From: an uncultured Pseudomonadales bacterium
GTDB taxonomy: Bacteria > Patescibacteriota > Microgenomatia > UBA1400 > PJMF01
Direction: 5' to 3'
Length of the DNA stretch: 63,005 bases
NCBI GenBank assembly: GCA_964509285.1
Contig: CAZDWQ010000001.1
Location: forward strand, 1 to 63,005
Positions 60,394 to 63,005 of the stretch are shown here, one piece after another (position 1 is the first letter of the stretch; each line of letters begins with the position of its first letter). The translations under genes were made by a program, and so were the position numbers. Under the pieces are notes generated by a model. That model worked only from the letters and a program-made list of their open reading frames with translations. It had not been told where the DNA came from and searched no databases.

Positions 60394-62751
60394 TTATTCA
60401 CGTTGCTGGTCAACGGTTTGTGGCCAGTTAGCTGTAATCAATAGTTTTTCTGTAACCAGGTTTAATTTAACCAATTCTTGCCAAATTGTTTCTGTAATAA
60501 ATGGCATAAATGGGTGTAACAACTTGAGGAAAGTAAGTAATCCTTGTAACAATGCTTCATGAGAGAGTTTTCCTGTCTTTCCAGACTCGATACACTCGTC
60601 ACAATACCAATGCCAAAACTCATTGTATAAAGTCTCTGCTGCCAGGCCAATTTTAAAGTCTGAAAGTTGTTGTGTTACATCTGCAACGAGAGTTGTGAGT
60701 TTTTTGTAGAACTCTGCATCTTGTGGAGCGTCTTTGGCGACAGTGGTTTCATATGGCTGCTCAACCTGAAGTAGGGTGAAGCGAGCGGCGTTCCAAAGTT
60801 TGTTTGTAAGGTTTCTAGTTGCCTTAAAATCAGGTATACCCACAGATTTGTCTTGTCCTGGTGTAGACCTGATAACTAAGGCCATTCTGAGGGCGTCAGC
60901 ACCGTATTCTTCTTTTATCACCAATGGATTTATTACATTTCCTTTAGATTTAGACATTTTTTGACCCTTTTGGTCACGAACTAAGCCATGTAAGTACACA
61001 TCTGTAAAAGGTGTTTTTCCAGTCATGTAAATGCCGAGAAGCATCATTCTCATGACCCAGATTGGTAAAATGTCGTATCCTGTTTCCATCACTGAAGTGG
61101 GGTAGAATCGATCAAAATCGTCAGCCTTTGTGTTTTTAAGGGTAACAACTGGCCACTGACTTGAGGAAAACCAGGTGTCAAACGAGTCTGTTTCTTGCAA
61201 ATATTGAGTTGTGTTTTGGTTTGAATCTGCGGTTTTGGCTGGATCTGTGACAGAAACGACATATGGAACGGAAATATCAGCAGTCATCGTCTGGAGATTT
61301 TGTTTGATTTCCTCGAGAGTATTTGTCAATAATGCTTGTGAAAGCAGAGAAGAGACAAATAATTTGTTTTTATCCAAATATCCAACAGTAATTTTATTTT
61401 CATTTCCAGTAACTTCATACCAAACTGGGATACTAATTCCCCAGACAATTTGACGTGAAATGTTCCAATCCTTGAGGTTATTAAGCCAATGACGAAGAAT
61501 CTTTTCACGGCCGGCACCATGAATTTTGGTAGCACCAATAGTGTCAATTTTCTGAGAATCGAGCGCATTCAGTGCATTTTGCACCAAGTTGTTTTTTTCA
61601 TTTTTTACACTGATAAAGAATTGTGGTAGTGGGAGTGGCTCAATTTGGCGACCACAACGATAACAAACGCCAACAGAATGAGTATATTTTTCTTTTGTCT
61701 CGAGTAGTAAAGCGCCACCCTTATATGTTTTATATGCCTCAAGAGCCATTTTTCTAGCATTTGCGATACCTTGACCAACATATTCCTCTGGGACGAGCTT
61801 GTTGTTTAGGTCAGAGTTATAAAGTTTGCCATTTGTGTTAATCACTGGTTGCGGTACTTCTGAAATTTCTGCTGTATGGTTTGTCCACATCAAGAAATCA
61901 TTTGGGTCATGGTATGGAGTAACCTTTACGGCTCCAGTGCCGAATGTCGGGTCAACATATTCGTCGGAAATAACGGGCATTTTTTTAGTTCCCCACGGAA
62001 ACTCTACCTCTATTTGAGTGCCAATATACTGTTTATACCTTTTATCTTCTGGATGAACTGCGACGGCTACATCGCCAAAAATTGTTTCTAAACGCACGGT
62101 TGCAACGGTAAGTGGGCCGTATTGAATGGTGTGGAGCGGATCAACTTGATCTGCATGATCAACTTCTAATTCCGAGTAACTAGTACCACATTTCAGACAG
62201 TAGTTAACGAGCTTTAAATCACGATATATCAATCTATCTTCATGTAGTTTTTCGAAGGTTTTGAGTACGTCAGAAACAATATCTGGGTCTAAGGTAAATT
62301 TAAATCGAGACCAGTCTGCACTGGCACCAAGTTTCTTGATTTGATCAACAGCAACACCAGAATTTTCTTGAACATAGTCCCAGATCATTTTGAAGAGAGT
62401 AGAACGGTCAAAATTAAAACGAGATTGCTCTTTAGCCTTGAGTTTTTTTTCAAAGACAAACTGAGTTTCAATTCCGGCATGGTCGGTGCCTGGGATCCAA
62501 ATAGTATCATTACCAAGCATGCGATTGTAACGGATCATGGTGTCCTCTAATGAAACGAACATGGCATGTCCCACGTGGAGTGGATCGTTTGCATTTGGCG
62601 GAGGCATGATGATAGAAAACTGCTTTTTGTGAGTAGGATTATTTTCTTGTTGGCGAAGTTTCAGAACAGAATCTGGGTTAAAAGCATCAGCTTCTTCCCA
62701 AAGTTTGTAGATCTCTTCTTCTGTTTGTTGGTGTGTGTATCTTGGTTCCAT
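60394..62751 (-). CDS. valS: Valine--tRNA ligase (short form without a long C-terminal coiled coil)
   Basis: PPPNANDPLHVGHA (ValRS-type HIGH region), KMSKSKGN and a WFSS motif. Length is 785 aa. Confidence 0.85.
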   Translation of the reverse strand: MEPRYTHQQTEEEIYKLWEEADAFNPDSVLKLRQQENNPTHKKQFSIIMPPPNANDPLHVGHAMFVSLEDTMIRYNRMLGNDTIWIPGTDHAGIETQFVFEKKLKAKEQSRFNFDRSTLFKMIWDYVQENSGVAVDQIKKLGASADWSRFKFTLDPDIVSDVLKTFEKLHEDRLIYRDLKLVNYCLKCGTSYSELEVDHADQVDPLHTIQYGPLTVATVRLETIFGDVAVAVHPEDKRYKQYIGTQIEVEFPWGTKKMPVISDEYVDPTFGTGAVKVTPYHDPNDFLMWTNHTAEISEVPQPVINTNGKLYNSDLNNKLVPEEYVGQGIANARKMALEAYKTYKGGALLLETKEKYTHSVGVCYRCGRQIEPLPLPQFFISVKNEKNNLVQNALNALDSQKIDTIGATKIHGAGREKILRHWLNNLKDWNISRQIVWGISIPVWYEVTGNENKITVGYLDKNKLFVSSLLSQALLTNTLEEIKQNLQTMTADISVPYVVSVTDPAKTADSNQNTTQYLQETDSFDTWFSSSQWPVVTLKNTKADDFDRFYPTSVMETGYDILPIWVMRMMLLGIYMTGKTPFTDVYLHGLVRDQKGQKMSKSKGNVINPLVIKEEYGADALRMALVIRSTPGQDKSVGIPDFKATRNLTNKLWNAARFTLLQVEQPYETTVAKDAPQDAEFYKKLTTLVADVTQQLSDFKIGLAAETLYNEFWHWYCDECIESGKTGKLSHEALLQGLLTFLKLLHPFMPFITETIWQELVKLNLVTEKLLITANWPQTVDQQRE

Positions 62752-62762
62752 GATTTAGGTAG

Positions 62763-62771
62763 ATTATAACA
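62763..62771 (-). promoter_or_regulatory. Extended -10 promoter (TGtTATAAT) 11 nt upstream of the valS ATG
   Basis: Plus-strand attataaca is the reverse complement of tgttataat. The valS ATG is at 62751. The intervening ctacctaaatc lacks a Shine-Dalgarno sequence. Confidence 0.5.
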
Positions 62772-62821
62772 TCTTGAGGTATTTTTGGTATTTGCCAATT
62801 TTATTTTATAACCCATAATAC

Positions 62822-62928
62822 TTGACTTATAAGCCCTATAATATATAATGTTCGCACTATGAAAAAGCATCAAACAAGTGCTTTCGTTAACTTCCCAATC
62901 TAGAGGAGGGTACGGAGCGCTTTTTTTT
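62822..62928 (+). other. Small transcription-unit candidate: TTGACT, 16 nt, TATAAT promoter, 14-codon ORF, imperfect hairpin sequestering AGGAGG, T8
   Basis: -35 at 62822-62827; -10 at 62844-62849; ATG at 62859 (MKKHQTSAFVNFPI, stop at 62901-62903). aagtgcttt (62876-62884) can pair with ggagcgctt (62914-62922), including G-U pairs. T8 at 62921-62928. Confidence 0.3.
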
Positions 62929-63005
62929 GTTTGAGTAATAGATGATAAAGATATAGCACCTGAAAAACCAGATGGCAGGAATGATATACTTTTATAATTG
63001 CACAT

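Noticed and set aside
62661-63005. 114-aa minus-strand ORF at the window end.
   Set aside because: It overlaps the valS start and promoter, and its product has no recognisable features. It is probably an open frame created by the window boundary.
1-63005. Alternative genetic code (UGA recoding, as in some candidate phyla).
   Set aside because: Long ORFs are intact under the standard code. TGA serves as a stop at well-defined gene ends, for example the ATGA junction at 22754-22757, and recognisable proteins end where expected.
1-63005. CRISPR arrays, tRNA or rRNA genes, and IS elements.
   Set aside because: I see no regularly spaced short repeats, no T-arm (GTTCGAATC-like) or cloverleaf candidates in the intergenic regions I examined, and no transposase-like ORFs.

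Overview
This is an AT-rich bacterial chromosome segment that spans the replication origin. The core block is dnaA, a cluster of DnaA boxes, dnaN, rpmH, rnpA, yidD, yidC and jag. Gene content includes a Lig1-like ATP-dependent ligase, a DUF4012 protein, a short ValRS, archaeal-type mevalonate enzymes and many two-helix pilin paralogs. By inference only, this suggests a small-genome, uncultivated Patescibacteria/CPR-like organism. The standard genetic code fits.

Three blocks dominate the window:
1. 1-10.2 kb holds housekeeping and repair genes (ligase, Fic, nnrD, recF, a MutY-like glycosylase, a decayed PIN toxin). It also holds a SpoIID-like wall enzyme and two Cys-rich secreted proteins that end in a T4SS-pilin-like membrane domain.
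2. 10.2-19.8 kb is a minus-strand operon encoding a complete classical mevalonate pathway. Its upper half looks archaeal (HMG-CoA synthase, thiolase and DUF35 trio plus a class I HMG-CoA reductase). IDI and UppS flank it.
3. 20.4-50.2 kb is the most interesting region: a chromosomal Gram-positive-style T4SS-like locus.

The T4SS-like locus contains a divergent ECF sigma factor, 8 tandem VirB2/TrbC-like pilin paralogs, a VirB6/TrbL-like polytopic protein and a PrgI/VirB3-like protein. It also has a VirB4 ATPase and a 1611-aa membrane protein carrying M23 peptidase and NAGPA-like domains. Several giant orphan proteins (1118, 1505, 489 and 330+383 aa) sit among these. I see no coupling ATPase, relaxase or integrase anywhere in the window.

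Other observations:
- A recurrent TATAAT box lies 6-12 nt upstream of start codons, suggesting leaderless or near-leaderless mRNAs.
- A possible A8 frameshift joins two ORFs.
- A perfect 79-bp intragenic duplication sits in one pilin-fusion gene.
- Paired DnaA boxes mark the origin.
- A GC-only hairpin lies upstream of uppS.

All domain calls rest on motifs I recognise by eye in the supplied translations. No database search was run.
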